Part shown: positions 21,079 through 30,187 of the stretch, in pieces | Layout: each line of letters starts with the position of its first letter | How positions within the stretch are numbered: position 1 is the stretch's first letter | Source: an uncultured virus (IMG/VR IMGVR_UViG_3300023179_000081) | Lineage: Duplodnaviria; Heunggongvirae; Uroviricota; Caudoviricetes | DNA: 64,000 nucleotides | Direction: 5' to 3' (one strand) | Virus record (IMG/VR): IMGVR_UViG_3300023179_000081 | Notes under the pieces: generated by a model | The model's database searches: none | Seen by the model: the letters and a program-made list of their open reading frames with translations, nothing else | Told to the model about the DNA's origin: nothing | Program-made: the position numbers and the translations under genes

Positions 21079-23370
21079 TCACTCGCTTGAAAAATCTTTA
21101 AGCTTTTTATACCTATCTGAAAAAAAACCTGGTGTATATATATCAACAGCATCCTGGTCGTATTTAGGATGACCTTTCATTTCTTCAAAAAAGCCAAGTC
21201 TTACTTCGGGTTTCAAAACACTTAAAGATTCGGCGGCCTCACGAAAATCAAAATTTTGATGATCTTTCATTGACCTCAAGTATTCCAGCCTTTGTTCCTC
21301 TGGGATTACCCGAGCTATTTCACCAGGTTTTAATTTAGGATGATCTTTAATTGAATTAACAAACGGTAATTTCAAATCATCAACCAACGCTTCTGTTGCT
21401 TCAAGAGGATCAAATTTAGGGTGATCTACCATTGCCGTGGCAAGTTGTGAAGTTTGATCTTGTGGTACACCATTCATAGCAGTATAAAAATCAAATTTTG
21501 GATGGTTTTTCATTCTTAACGCAAAGTTTAATTTTTGTGCATCAGGTATCCGATTTAAAGCCTCTCGAAAATCAAACTTCGGATGATCCGCCATGGCCTC
21601 GACAAATTTGAATTTATTATAATCATCCAATATAATCATGGTTTCTTCAAAATCAAAATCTGGATGGTCTCTCAATTCCATTGCATATTGATATGCAATA
21701 TTTGCAGGAGCCTGTCTCAAAAATCTGCCGGGCCTAAATGTTGGATGATCTTTAAATAAAATATAAAATTCGTGAAGACTTTGCTTTGGAATAAGATCTA
21801 CCAACGTATTTACGTTAAGACCAGGTTGTTTTGCAATTTTTCTAATTATTTCCATTCTTTCAGAAATTGGAACAAATTGCAACGCCAAGGAAGGTTTAAA
21901 CGTTTTGTGCCCAATCATTTCCTCTATAAATTGCCTCTTATGTTCAAGATTTGTTAATGCACTTTCAAAATCAAAATCTGGATGATCTTTCATCATAATT
22001 GCTAGTGGATCTCTAATTTCATCCGGCAACTGATACATGGCTTTTCCGAAATCAAAATTCGGATGCTCCATCTTTCCATAAATGTATTTAAGAACCTTAT
22101 CATCTGAATGCCGTCTGTATAATGAGGCTGCCATAAACACTGGATCAAAGTCTTCGCGGCCTTCCATTTCTTCAACATATTCGTCTATGTTATCTTCAGG
22201 AATGCATATTGAATAACCATAAGGTTCAAACTTCTGATTCTGTTTAAGATTCTCAAGATTGTTCATGATGTAATTCCCGGCATATTCCTGCATTTGCGGG
22301 TCGCCGTTACTATATTTTTGAAGGTCTCTTTCTTCTTGCCCATTTTCAATCAGCGCCTCAACCACAATCTTCTTCTTACGTTTATAAGATTCTAACTGAT
22401 CTTTTGTCAACAATTTTCTTTGTTCATGTGGCATTCCATAATCGTTATTTACCAAATCATTAATAACGTCTCTTCTGCCATTATCAATGAGCCATTCTAA
22501 TTGCTGGTCTGTAACCGGGTGTCTCTGAACATAATGGTTTAAAACATTAGGTAATATTTTTCCATTCACTTGGATATTCTCTAATTCTTTGAATTTGTTT
22601 AAACTTTGATTTTTATGTTTTATCGCTTCATGTTCAACTCTTTCCTCTTCAGACAATGGTTTAAGAGGAAAATCAGCGGGGTTCAGGCCAAGATTTTTCA
22701 GTAACTTCTCGCCATCTCCTTGATCACCATTTGAATTACTGAAATTCGTGTAGAACAATCCGCCATCTGTTACTCTTAAAGCAACCGCATGATGATTGTC
22801 GTGAATTGGCAGATTGTGATTGATAATGATATAGAACGTTGAGTTGGCAATCGTTCTATAGTTCATGTAAAGATTCCCAACCTTCCATGTAATACACCAT
22901 GGTGTGCCAGGAAATTTCAATCTTTTACCTACTTCAATAGCTTCTTCTTCAGAATCAATCGGAATAATTTCTATTCCATCACCGCCAGACATCACAGTTG
23001 GCTCATTCTTGCCGTCAGGATCGTTTTTCCGCATCTCTTTCGACTCCTTCGCGTGAATAGCCGATAGAAAATCTAATGAATTATTTAGAATTAAATCGTT
23101 AACTCTGAGAGAACCATTTCCAAGTCTCGAAACTTGTAATTTGCTACCATACATTTTCGACAACCGTCGCGCTAAGTCAACCATCTGAGTTTCACTAAGA
23201 TCCGAGCATTTTGCCAGTACGAACTTATACCCAGTTAACTGTTTAGGTGGAATATCAAGTCTCTTAAGTACATCATTCAGATACCTGTTAAATTCATCTG
23301 CATTTGCAAATTGTTTGTCTGATAATTCAAACAATTCTTGTTTCAAACTACTTGCAAATCTGTACCACAC
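21079..23370 (-). CDS. large protein with GTPWCIT domain and ~23-aa MKDHPxF repeats (paralogue B)
   Basis: 763-aa ORF; more repeat units than paralogue A. Confidence 0.8.
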   Translation of the reverse strand: MWYRFASSLKQELFELSDKQFANADEFNRYLNDVLKRLDIPPKQLTGYKFVLAKCSDLSETQMVDLARRLSKMYGSKLQVSRLGNGSLRVNDLILNNSLDFLSAIHAKESKEMRKNDPDGKNEPTVMSGGDGIEIIPIDSEEEAIEVGKRLKFPGTPWCITWKVGNLYMNYRTIANSTFYIIINHNLPIHDNHHAVALRVTDGGLFYTNFSNSNGDQGDGEKLLKNLGLNPADFPLKPLSEEERVEHEAIKHKNQSLNKFKELENIQVNGKILPNVLNHYVQRHPVTDQQLEWLIDNGRRDVINDLVNNDYGMPHEQRKLLTKDQLESYKRKKKIVVEALIENGQEERDLQKYSNGDPQMQEYAGNYIMNNLENLKQNQKFEPYGYSICIPEDNIDEYVEEMEGREDFDPVFMAASLYRRHSDDKVLKYIYGKMEHPNFDFGKAMYQLPDEIRDPLAIMMKDHPDFDFESALTNLEHKRQFIEEMIGHKTFKPSLALQFVPISERMEIIRKIAKQPGLNVNTLVDLIPKQSLHEFYILFKDHPTFRPGRFLRQAPANIAYQYAMELRDHPDFDFEETMIILDDYNKFKFVEAMADHPKFDFREALNRIPDAQKLNFALRMKNHPKFDFYTAMNGVPQDQTSQLATAMVDHPKFDPLEATEALVDDLKLPFVNSIKDHPKLKPGEIARVIPEEQRLEYLRSMKDHQNFDFREAAESLSVLKPEVRLGFFEEMKGHPKYDQDAVDIYTPGFFSDRYKKLKDFSSE

Positions 23371-23394
23371 GGAGGTTATTTCTACTTAAAAGAG

Positions 23395-24015
23395 CTAAGC
23401 TCCTAATTGCATGACCATCTCTTCACCAATTTTCAGGCAACGAAATTCTGTATTTCCAATTTTCTTGCTGAAGGCTCTATGCCAGTGGCCTATCACCCAT
23501 TGCTTTGGCTGATGGATCTTATATATCTCTTGAAGTAGCCTTCCAGTGTGTGTTTCCAGCGGCATGAAATTCTTTATATACTTCGTGAATTCTGGCGGGC
23601 CATCATGTGATATTACTAAATCAACATTATTAAACTCTCGCTCCCATAATTGTAAGCATTCCTCAGTCTCTACGTAATTTAGTTCCTCATCGGGCCACCA
23701 AGAAATTCCTTCTTTTCTGTGATGCCTGTCGATTGAATACGCGCCACCAACGAAGAATATCTTTTTGCCTGCAAATTCTAAAATGCCGAATCTTCCCATA
23801 TTGTGTGGGTGCTGAGACAAAATAGAATAATTATCGTGATTGCCAAATAGCACCTTAAACTTTTCAGAACTAACTAAATGCACGTAGGCCTCCGCGCCAA
23901 AACCCGCGCCAAAATCCCCAATCTGTATCGTAAGGTCATACAAGTGACAGGTTTGAAACATCTGCGTGATCATATCGTGGTCGCCGTGTATATCTCCACC
24001 TATTCTTAGTGTCAT
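23395..24015 (-). CDS. calcineurin-like metallophosphoesterase
   Basis: GDIHG, GDFG, GNHD, SHD and GHWH motifs; start moved to ATG 24015. Confidence 0.88.
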   Translation of the reverse strand: MTLRIGGDIHGDHDMITQMFQTCHLYDLTIQIGDFGAGFGAEAYVHLVSSEKFKVLFGNHDNYSILSQHPHNMGRFGILEFAGKKIFFVGGAYSIDRHHRKEGISWWPDEELNYVETEECLQLWEREFNNVDLVISHDGPPEFTKYIKNFMPLETHTGRLLQEIYKIHQPKQWVIGHWHRAFSKKIGNTEFRCLKIGEEMVMQLGA

Positions 24016-24059
24016 GATTAAATATACGTTTATGGCGTTTAAAAAATACACTATACCTA

Positions 24060-24725
24060 TTATAAAAAGGGTACCCCCTGAAAAAACCCACCCCCCCCTT
24101 CACTTTTTCAAAAAAATAAAATTCAATTTTCAAAAACACGATTTTGAAAACGCGATTTTGAAAATTCAAAAACACAAAATTTAAAATCTCAATTTCAAAA
24201 AACGTAATTCAAAAATAAAATGCGCAGTGGCTAACTCGGGATTTTACGCGGGCAAATTTACATTATTCAGATTGTGGTTAGGATACGATTCAGATTGCTC
24301 CAGATTGCTCAAGATTGTGATTCAGATACGATTCAGATTGTGTAGTGTATGTTCAAGGGGTGGAGCGATTTTGAAGGCCGGGTGAGATGGGTTCCCTTTC
24401 TAGAAAAACCCCCCCCCCAGGGGGTCCCTATAGGGCTTTTGCAATTCAATCACAATTGTAACACACGCGAAAAAACCACAATCTCACAATTGCAAATCTC
24501 TAACTACAAATACACAATTGCAAAATGCACAATCTCACAATTAAAACTTACACGCTAAAACCACAATCTCACAATTGTAACACACGCGCAAAAACCACAA
24601 TCTTGCCCCCGATCCCAACGTACACAATTGTAACACACGCACTAAATACACAATCTTGATATTAGAAATCACACAACAAAAACAAAAAAAATCACAATTG
24701 TATAACACATACAATTGTGATTTAA
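24060..24725. repeat. non-coding region: A-tracts, AGATTG array, C/G tracts, then ~15 CACAAT(T/C) copies in the opposite orientation
   Basis: ttttcaaaaa/ttttgaaaa tracts at 24100-24220; cagattg repeats at 24267-24342; poly-C then ggggg at 24409-24424; cacaatt/cacaatc repeats at 24451-24720. Confidence 0.8.
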
Positions 24726-24798
24726 CTACAAAAACAAGCCGCCGTATGACCGATAACTCAGCCGACGACAGTTGCTTGAATGTTGTTTTAGTCGTGGA

Positions 24799-24951
24799 TT
24801 ACCAGACTATATCCTTTTGTGATAGTTCGCGGCGTTCTTCTGCATGATCGCTGCGTTGCCGGTCCAGCCAGGCCTCTTCGGAAAGTGCCTTGAGAATCTT
24901 TGCGTCCTGTGCTTTGAGTTCGGCTGAAGTTTGTGTTGGTGAAGTTTTCAT
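24799..24951 (-). CDS. 50-aa hypothetical protein (last cassette; not in ORF track)
   Basis: MKTSPTQTSAELKAQDAKILKALSEEAWLDRQRSDHAEERRELSQKDIVW; preceded by the element and an AAGGA leader. Confidence 0.6.
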   Translation of the reverse strand: MKTSPTQTSAELKAQDAKILKALSEEAWLDRQRSDHAEERRELSQKDIVW

Positions 24952-25023
24952 GTCGCTTCGTTCCTTACGTGCTTATTATACCCGGCGGTCTTGAGGGTGG
25001 GAAAATCCCACCCTTTTCGCGTC

Positions 25024-25857
25024 TCAGTCCTCGATCACTTCTGCAACAATCCCGCGAATGAAGTCCGCTGCTTTTTGCGCTTGTCCGCTTGCCTTGACAA
25101 GCATTGCAGGATCGTTGCGTAATGCTGTCATCCAGTTTTGCAAATATGCGGCGGTTTGGTCGATCTGCCGCGTACTGTTAAGGCCGCAAGTTTGGCACAA
25201 GAACGCCGAAGTGAACTCTGCAACAAGTTCTTCTTGCGAATATGCTGCATTGCCGAATCCGTCGCTATTGACAATTCCTGGCCGTTTCAACCGAGTTTCA
25301 GCGCCGGTGGCGTGGCCGAGTTCGTGAAACAGGGTAGCGTAGTAGGCGTCAGGTGATGTAAATGCCGTCATTGGCGGCACCTTAACTATGTCTTTTGAAG
25401 GAATGTAGCAAGCTACGTTTCCACCGGTTAAGATGATGTCCGCCATACCGGATTGTGCAACGATGATGGCCGCATCGGCGTTCTCGACTACTGCAACTTC
25501 TGGGAAATTGCATCCTTCGGTCTGCTCGGCGTTGAACACGGCGTATGTTTTGAGCCATGCAAAACTTTTGTCTTTGCCAGTATTTACATCTTGCTCTTTG
25601 CCGAAGTTCCAGAAAACTACCGTAGTAGCTTTTTCGCCCTTCTTGACGCTTCCGCCAAGATCTTGCGCTTGCTTGAAGGTGACCCAGCGGTTGGATTGGT
25701 ACGCGCTCATTCCCAGTACCAGCGAGTTGATTCCACGGTAAGCCTTACCGGTCTTACCGTTCGCCGGTGCGTGATTCCAAGGCTTTTGCCAAGGAATGAC
25801 TCCAGCTTCCATCCGTTTCATTACTTGGTTGAAGATCGCTTCGTAAGCTTTGCTCAT
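25024..25857 (-). CDS. ardC: ArdC-like ssDNA-binding antirestriction protein with zincin-like domain
   Basis: PWQKPW, YRGINSLVL, WVTFKQAQ, VFNAEQ, YYATLFHELGHATG and YSQEELVAE motifs. Confidence 0.9.
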   Translation of the reverse strand: MSKAYEAIFNQVMKRMEAGVIPWQKPWNHAPANGKTGKAYRGINSLVLGMSAYQSNRWVTFKQAQDLGGSVKKGEKATTVVFWNFGKEQDVNTGKDKSFAWLKTYAVFNAEQTEGCNFPEVAVVENADAAIIVAQSGMADIILTGGNVACYIPSKDIVKVPPMTAFTSPDAYYATLFHELGHATGAETRLKRPGIVNSDGFGNAAYSQEELVAEFTSAFLCQTCGLNSTRQIDQTAAYLQNWMTALRNDPAMLVKASGQAQKAADFIRGIVAEVIED

Positions 25858-26047
25858 AACACCCTTATTATACCCGCCGCTCTTGAAGGTTAGAAAATGT
25901 TTTTTGGTTGTGTTTTTGGTTGAAAGGTATTATACCCTTTGATTGTGAGGGTTGGAAAAACTGTTGGGATTTCGGACGGCGAAATGGTAGTAAACGAACC
26001 CTAGTCCCAACAGTGATTTTATTGTGATTGTGCAAGAGCCAAGATTG

Positions 26048-26392
26048 CTAGCGCTTGATTTCCTCGAATGAAATCACAACCTTTGCACGTGCATCAATTG
26101 CGCAAAGAGCCCATGCTGCTAATGCAATTTCGTTCTCAGTGACATGTTCTGCAAATTCCATACCGAGTGTATAGAGGGTGTCATCATCCGGTGCGGCTTG
26201 GCTATCGCGTTTACCTCTTGGAACTTCCTTGTAATAGCTGCAAGCGCAAGTCCACCAGCTACTTGCATCATCACCATCTTGTTCGGTGGATGATCCGCGC
26301 ATTTCGGCCTCTATCACTCGAATTCCCCAAGGGATCTCGTTTAGTCCGGCTTCGATGAGAATATCTGCGGCTTTTTTGTTTTCGATTTCCAT
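26048..26392 (-). CDS. hypothetical cassette protein (paralogue of 44857..45216)
   Basis: WGIRVIEAEMRG...W.TCA vs WGKAIIEAERYG...WETCA. Confidence 0.7.
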   Translation of the reverse strand: MEIENKKAADILIEAGLNEIPWGIRVIEAEMRGSSTEQDGDDASSWWTCACSYYKEVPRGKRDSQAAPDDDTLYTLGMEFAEHVTENEIALAAWALCAIDARAKVVISFEEIKR

Positions 26393-26474
26393 TGCTTCGT
26401 TCCTACGTGCTTATTATACCGGCTTGGTTTGAGGGTGGGAAAATCCCGCGCGATTTTAGCGCGGGATTGTTGCT

Positions 26475-26696
26475 TTAGAGTTTTTCGATTGCGCCGTTGA
26501 TGATTTTGAGTTCGCGCTCAAAATCAGCAATAATGCTATCATGAGATTGTCCTGGATTCGGCGGGGTACCTTCCAAATGCTGTTCCAGGGCGTCAATATG
26601 GCTATTGCGTGCATATCGCAATAGCTGTTTGAGTTCGCATTTTCCGATCTCAACGTTGCCATTTTCCAATGGTGCGATTAGGATTCCTTTGATCAT
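26475..26696 (-). CDS. hypothetical cassette protein (family with 28099, 32598, 35252)
   Basis: Leaderless ATG after the element; LENGNVEI...LKQLL pattern. Confidence 0.65.
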   Translation of the reverse strand: MIKGILIAPLENGNVEIGKCELKQLLRYARNSHIDALEQHLEGTPPNPGQSHDSIIADFERELKIINGAIEKL

Positions 26697-26736
26697 CGTG
26701 CTTATTATACCGGCTTGGTTTGAGGGTGAGAAAATC

Positions 26737-26952
26737 CTACATGTTTCGCTGTGCATTTTGCTTGAAAAACTGAAATAAATCCCAGGTTCCATATACAATG
26801 CATGGAATTGCATTTGCAATACCGATGACCCATACAATTGGGTTGTTGGTGAAATAGAGTAGAAAAAGGCAGAAGATGGAAAGCCATGCTGCATATCCTT
26901 TGACAAAAAAGTCCACATACCAGTTCCAGATTTGTTTCAACGAGTTTTTCAT
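26737..26952 (-). CDS. small membrane protein
   Basis: Start corrected to the ATG after the element and AAGGA; two hydrophobic segments. Confidence 0.6.
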   Translation of the reverse strand: MKNSLKQIWNWYVDFFVKGYAAWLSIFCLFLLYFTNNPIVWVIGIANAIPCIVYGTWDLFQFFKQNAQRNM

Positions 26953-27073
26953 TTTGTTCCTTGTGGGTTTATTATACCCGGTCTTTCTGAGGGTGAGAAA
27001 ATCACTGTTGGGATTTCGGGATCTTGGCCAATTACACCAAGCGAGCCCTAATCCCAATAGTGATTTTATTGTT

Positions 27074-27283
27074 TTAGTACGCGCTGAGCATTTTTGCCGT
27101 CATAATGGCTTCTGCCCCCCGTGTACCTAGCATCTCTTTGTAAGCATCATAGCGTGACATCAGGTACTTGCGTCCCTGAGCGTCTACCCTTGGATTTTGT
27201 TTGATCCAAGCGTCTAGGTTCGCGTCAGAGTGAATACCTAATCTTGCAAGTGCGTCGATGTGAACCTTTAGCGGGGTTTTCAT
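27074..27283 (-). CDS. hypothetical cassette protein
   Basis: ORF follows the element and an AGGA leader. Confidence 0.65.
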   Translation of the reverse strand: MKTPLKVHIDALARLGIHSDANLDAWIKQNPRVDAQGRKYLMSRYDAYKEMLGTRGAEAIMTAKMLSAY

Positions 27284-27361
27284 TTCGTTCCTACGTGCTT
27301 ATTATACCCGGTCTTTCTGAAGGTGGGAAGTATCGCGCGATTTTAGCGCGGGATTGTTGCT

Positions 27362-27715
27362 TTAGTCCTCGTCGTCAGGTAGCGGGTCATTACTTGACCA
27401 TCGCGGAGTCATGCCGTAACCTTTTTGTTCACATTCTAGCGCCATCCATTTCGTGAACCAAAGACACAATCGCAAAGCGAGAACTTCTTTAAGGCGTTTC
27501 GGTTTTGTTGGATTGTTGAAATGGTCCTCGATTGAAACTAATGCTTTACGCCATGCTCTTGCAGAATGACACATTCCCTTTCCTTGAGATTGAATCATTT
27601 CAACAATACGCGTGATTTCGGCTTCAGAACTAGTTCCTTTACCGCTATTGAAAACTTTTGTCAGAAGCCAATGGGTGGTTAGGAAGATTTTTCGACTGTG
27701 AATGAATTTGTCCAT
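27362..27715 (-). CDS. hypothetical cassette protein
   Basis: ORF follows element 27735. Confidence 0.65.
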   Translation of the reverse strand: MDKFIHSRKIFLTTHWLLTKVFNSGKGTSSEAEITRIVEMIQSQGKGMCHSARAWRKALVSIEDHFNNPTKPKRLKEVLALRLCLWFTKWMALECEQKGYGMTPRWSSNDPLPDDED

Positions 27716-27769
27716 GTTTTTCTCTTCGTCGTGGTTATTATACCTCGATTTCGTGAAGGTGAGAAAATT

Positions 27770-28036
27770 CTAGGCTGGCCAAACGGTTTTAATGCCGTTA
27801 TTTTCTCGAATCTCAAGGTTTTGGATGGCTTTGGACACTGCGGCTAAAGTTGGAAAATTGCTACGGACATGAAGCCCAATAATACCGTTCTTCTCATTTT
27901 CGATGGAGTTACCCATGCGCACATTCCATTCGCCGTTTTTGCCAGAAATGCACACTACGCCAAGATTTGAATAACCTACGCGGTAGTTTCCAAATGGACT
28001 AAGTTTCGGTTCGATATTGAAGGGGATTTTTGCCAT
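27770..28036 (-). CDS. hypothetical cassette protein
   Basis: ORF follows element 28053; stop abuts the next element. Confidence 0.65.
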   Translation of the reverse strand: MAKIPFNIEPKLSPFGNYRVGYSNLGVVCISGKNGEWNVRMGNSIENEKNGIIGLHVRSNFPTLAAVSKAIQNLEIRENNGIKTVWPA

Positions 28037-28098
28037 GCTTTCCTTTGTTACCTTATTATACCCGGTCTTTCTGAAGGTGGGAAAAACCGGGTATTTCT

Positions 28099-28311
28099 TT
28101 AGAAGGGTTCTAGCCGATCTTTGGCGTTTTTAACACGTTGTAGCGATTGCTCCATAGTTTGGATAAGGCGCGGATTTCCGCCGCCGGTGTACGTTGCTCG
28201 GTCCACGCCGCCCTTGAATGCGCTTTCTGCGGCATTAAGAAGCCACTGTAGATCTTTGCTTTGGATGATGATTCCGTCGCCTTCGGCGAATTGGAGTTCG
28301 ATTGGGTCCAT
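28099..28311 (-). CDS. hypothetical cassette protein
   Basis: Leaderless ATG after element 28317. Confidence 0.65.
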   Translation of the reverse strand: MDPIELQFAEGDGIIIQSKDLQWLLNAAESAFKGGVDRATYTGGGNPRLIQTMEQSLQRVKNAKDRLEPF

Positions 28312-28352
28312 CGTGGTTATTATACCTGCCTTTTTTGAGGGTGGGAAAATCC

Positions 28353-28490
28353 TTAACTAAAGGACAATCCTATAACTGCAAAAGCGATGACTACAGGAAG
28401 TATTACCTGCAACAGGACTTCCTTGTCAGTCACCAGATCAAACGATTCCTTTAGGGTTCGCTTGCTAAAAATCTCTTTGATTTGCTTCAT
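28353..28490 (-). CDS. 45-aa membrane peptide (not in ORF track)
   Basis: MKQIKEIFSKRTLKESFDLVTDKEVLLQVILPVVIAFAVIGLSFS fills the space between two elements. Confidence 0.6.
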   Translation of the reverse strand: MKQIKEIFSKRTLKESFDLVTDKEVLLQVILPVVIAFAVIGLSFS

Positions 28491-28530
28491 GCCTTATTAT
28501 ACCCGGTTTGGGTAAGGGTCGGAAAATCCT

Positions 28531-28650
28531 TTAGCCTAAGATCATGCAAATGTCCATAGTTGCAATAACCATGATACATGGCAGGACCACAAACCAGAAC
28601 ATGTCAGCGTCGATTTTCGCGTTTCTCAAGAATGCGATTTGAGTTCTCAT
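28531..28650 (-). CDS. 39-aa membrane peptide (not in ORF track)
   Basis: MRTQIAFLRNAKIDADMFWFVVLPCIMVIATMDICMILG fills the space between two elements. Confidence 0.6.
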   Translation of the reverse strand: MRTQIAFLRNAKIDADMFWFVVLPCIMVIATMDICMILG

Positions 28651-28720
28651 CGTGGTTATTATACCCAATGGTTTTTGAGGGTGGGAAAATCCAGCGCGAT
28701 TTTAGCGCGGGATTCTTGCT

Positions 28721-28918
28721 TTAGACCAGCGCTACTTTGATGCCTCTAGCTTCGCCGTAGTAAAATGTCACTGCAACAACTTCGTAAATGTCGCCAGTTA
28801 CGGCGCATCGGTAAGTTTGCCCTTCCGTGAAAAGAACTTCTGTGTGTTCTGCAATTCTCATGTCTTTGAGCAGTCCTTCTTTGAACAGCTTCGTAACGAT
28901 GTACTTCTGATTCGCCAT
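28721..28918 (-). CDS. hypothetical cassette protein
   Basis: Leaderless ATG after element 28923. Confidence 0.65.
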   Translation of the reverse strand: MANQKYIVTKLFKEGLLKDMRIAEHTEVLFTEGQTYRCAVTGDIYEVVAVTFYYGEARGIKVALV

Positions 28919-28997
28919 GCCCTTATTATACCTCGATTTCGTGAGGGTGAGAAAATTGGACAGAATTGAGGGACTTTGCTATTGTCCCTCAATTGCT

Positions 28998-29429
28998 TCA
29001 GCTGTATTTCGCTACGTATTCCTGATCGGCTTCCAGCGATTCAAAAAGCACCGAAGATTCGCTATTGCCAGTTTGTGACAAGATGACTTTTGCACCACCT
29101 GGACGCTTAGCCACAATCATAAGAGGTGGTCCGTAGTTGGGATGCTGATAAAGCACATTTCCTTCATTAGTGGCAATCCTCAGAATTCGGTGGGTTGCAA
29201 TTGGCATACCGTTCCAATCCCGACGGTTCTTCATTAGCAACAAAATGGGTTTTGCGCCATTGCTGCGTCCGATATATCCCTTTGTGTTAAAGGTTACTGA
29301 ACCATCTTCAGGATCGCCGAAGCTTAGGTTAACATTTAGAATTCCATTGGGCCACAAGTTTTCCAAGATCGCGATTACCTGCGGATCGGTGCCGTTCTCG
29401 TAATGAGTTGGACTTAAGTGAGCGTTCAT
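28998..29429 (-). CDS. hypothetical cassette protein
   Basis: Leaderless ATG; followed by a hairpin at 28964-28994. Confidence 0.7.
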   Translation of the reverse strand: MNAHLSPTHYENGTDPQVIAILENLWPNGILNVNLSFGDPEDGSVTFNTKGYIGRSNGAKPILLLMKNRRDWNGMPIATHRILRIATNEGNVLYQHPNYGPPLMIVAKRPGGAKVILSQTGNSESSVLFESLEADQEYVAKYS

Positions 29430-29820
29430 CGTGCTTATTATACCTCGATTTTGTGAGGGTGAGAAAAACCGCGCGGGTTCCGTGAAAGGAAAAACCGCGC
29501 GGTGAAGGGACGAAAGTTATTTGATTGTGAGGGTGAGAAAGGTGTTTAAGTTACTTCATTTTGTTTGCCTTAGTCCTTTGGTAGTCCTTTATCCTCGATT
29601 TCGCTTTCGGGATGTTCGTGCCATTTTGTTGCGACTTCGTCGCGCGGCTTTTGCCTTGGCTGGCGATTGGGTGAATTTCGGTCCTTGCGTCGGCGCTTGA
29701 ATGGGTTCGGCGGAGCCAGCGGCGAAGGCGGCGAGTACGTATGCTAGAGCGTTCATGATGTTTGTTGTTCCTTGCGTTCTTATTATACCCAATCTGGGTA
29801 AGGGTGGGAAAATTGTTCGG

Positions 29821-30129
29821 TTAGTTTGCCTTTGATTTTTCGATTCGTTCCACAGCTTGCCTTACTGCTTCTTTCTTGAGACAGACAAGACCAGCCGGTG
29901 TTGGATAATCATCTCTATTAGTGAAAACTTGCCTAGTGACTAATAGATGCATTCTGTCCCATTCTCCAATTCCAATATGATTGTAGTTTGGATCTTCAGC
30001 ACTAATACACCTTTTCACCATATCGTGGTTTCGAGATAAAACCACTCCTAGTTCTTCTACCATAGAACCGTAATATTCACGGTGGGTGACTTTGCCTTCA
30101 AGGTAGTCTTTGCGTTTGATTTATCCCAT
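29821..30129 (-). pseudogene. cassette gene with in-frame TAA at codon 3
   Basis: ATG GGA TAA ATC AAA CGC AAA GAC TAC... continues in frame into ORF 29821..30063. Confidence 0.55.
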
Positions 30130-30187
30130 GTTCGTTCTTATTATACCCAATCTGGGTAAGGGTGGGAAAATCCCACCCTTTGGCTTT

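Noticed and set aside
23936..24847. Short ORFs 23936, 23966, 24349 and 24656
   Set aside because: They are low-complexity translations of A-tract and CACAAT repeat DNA.
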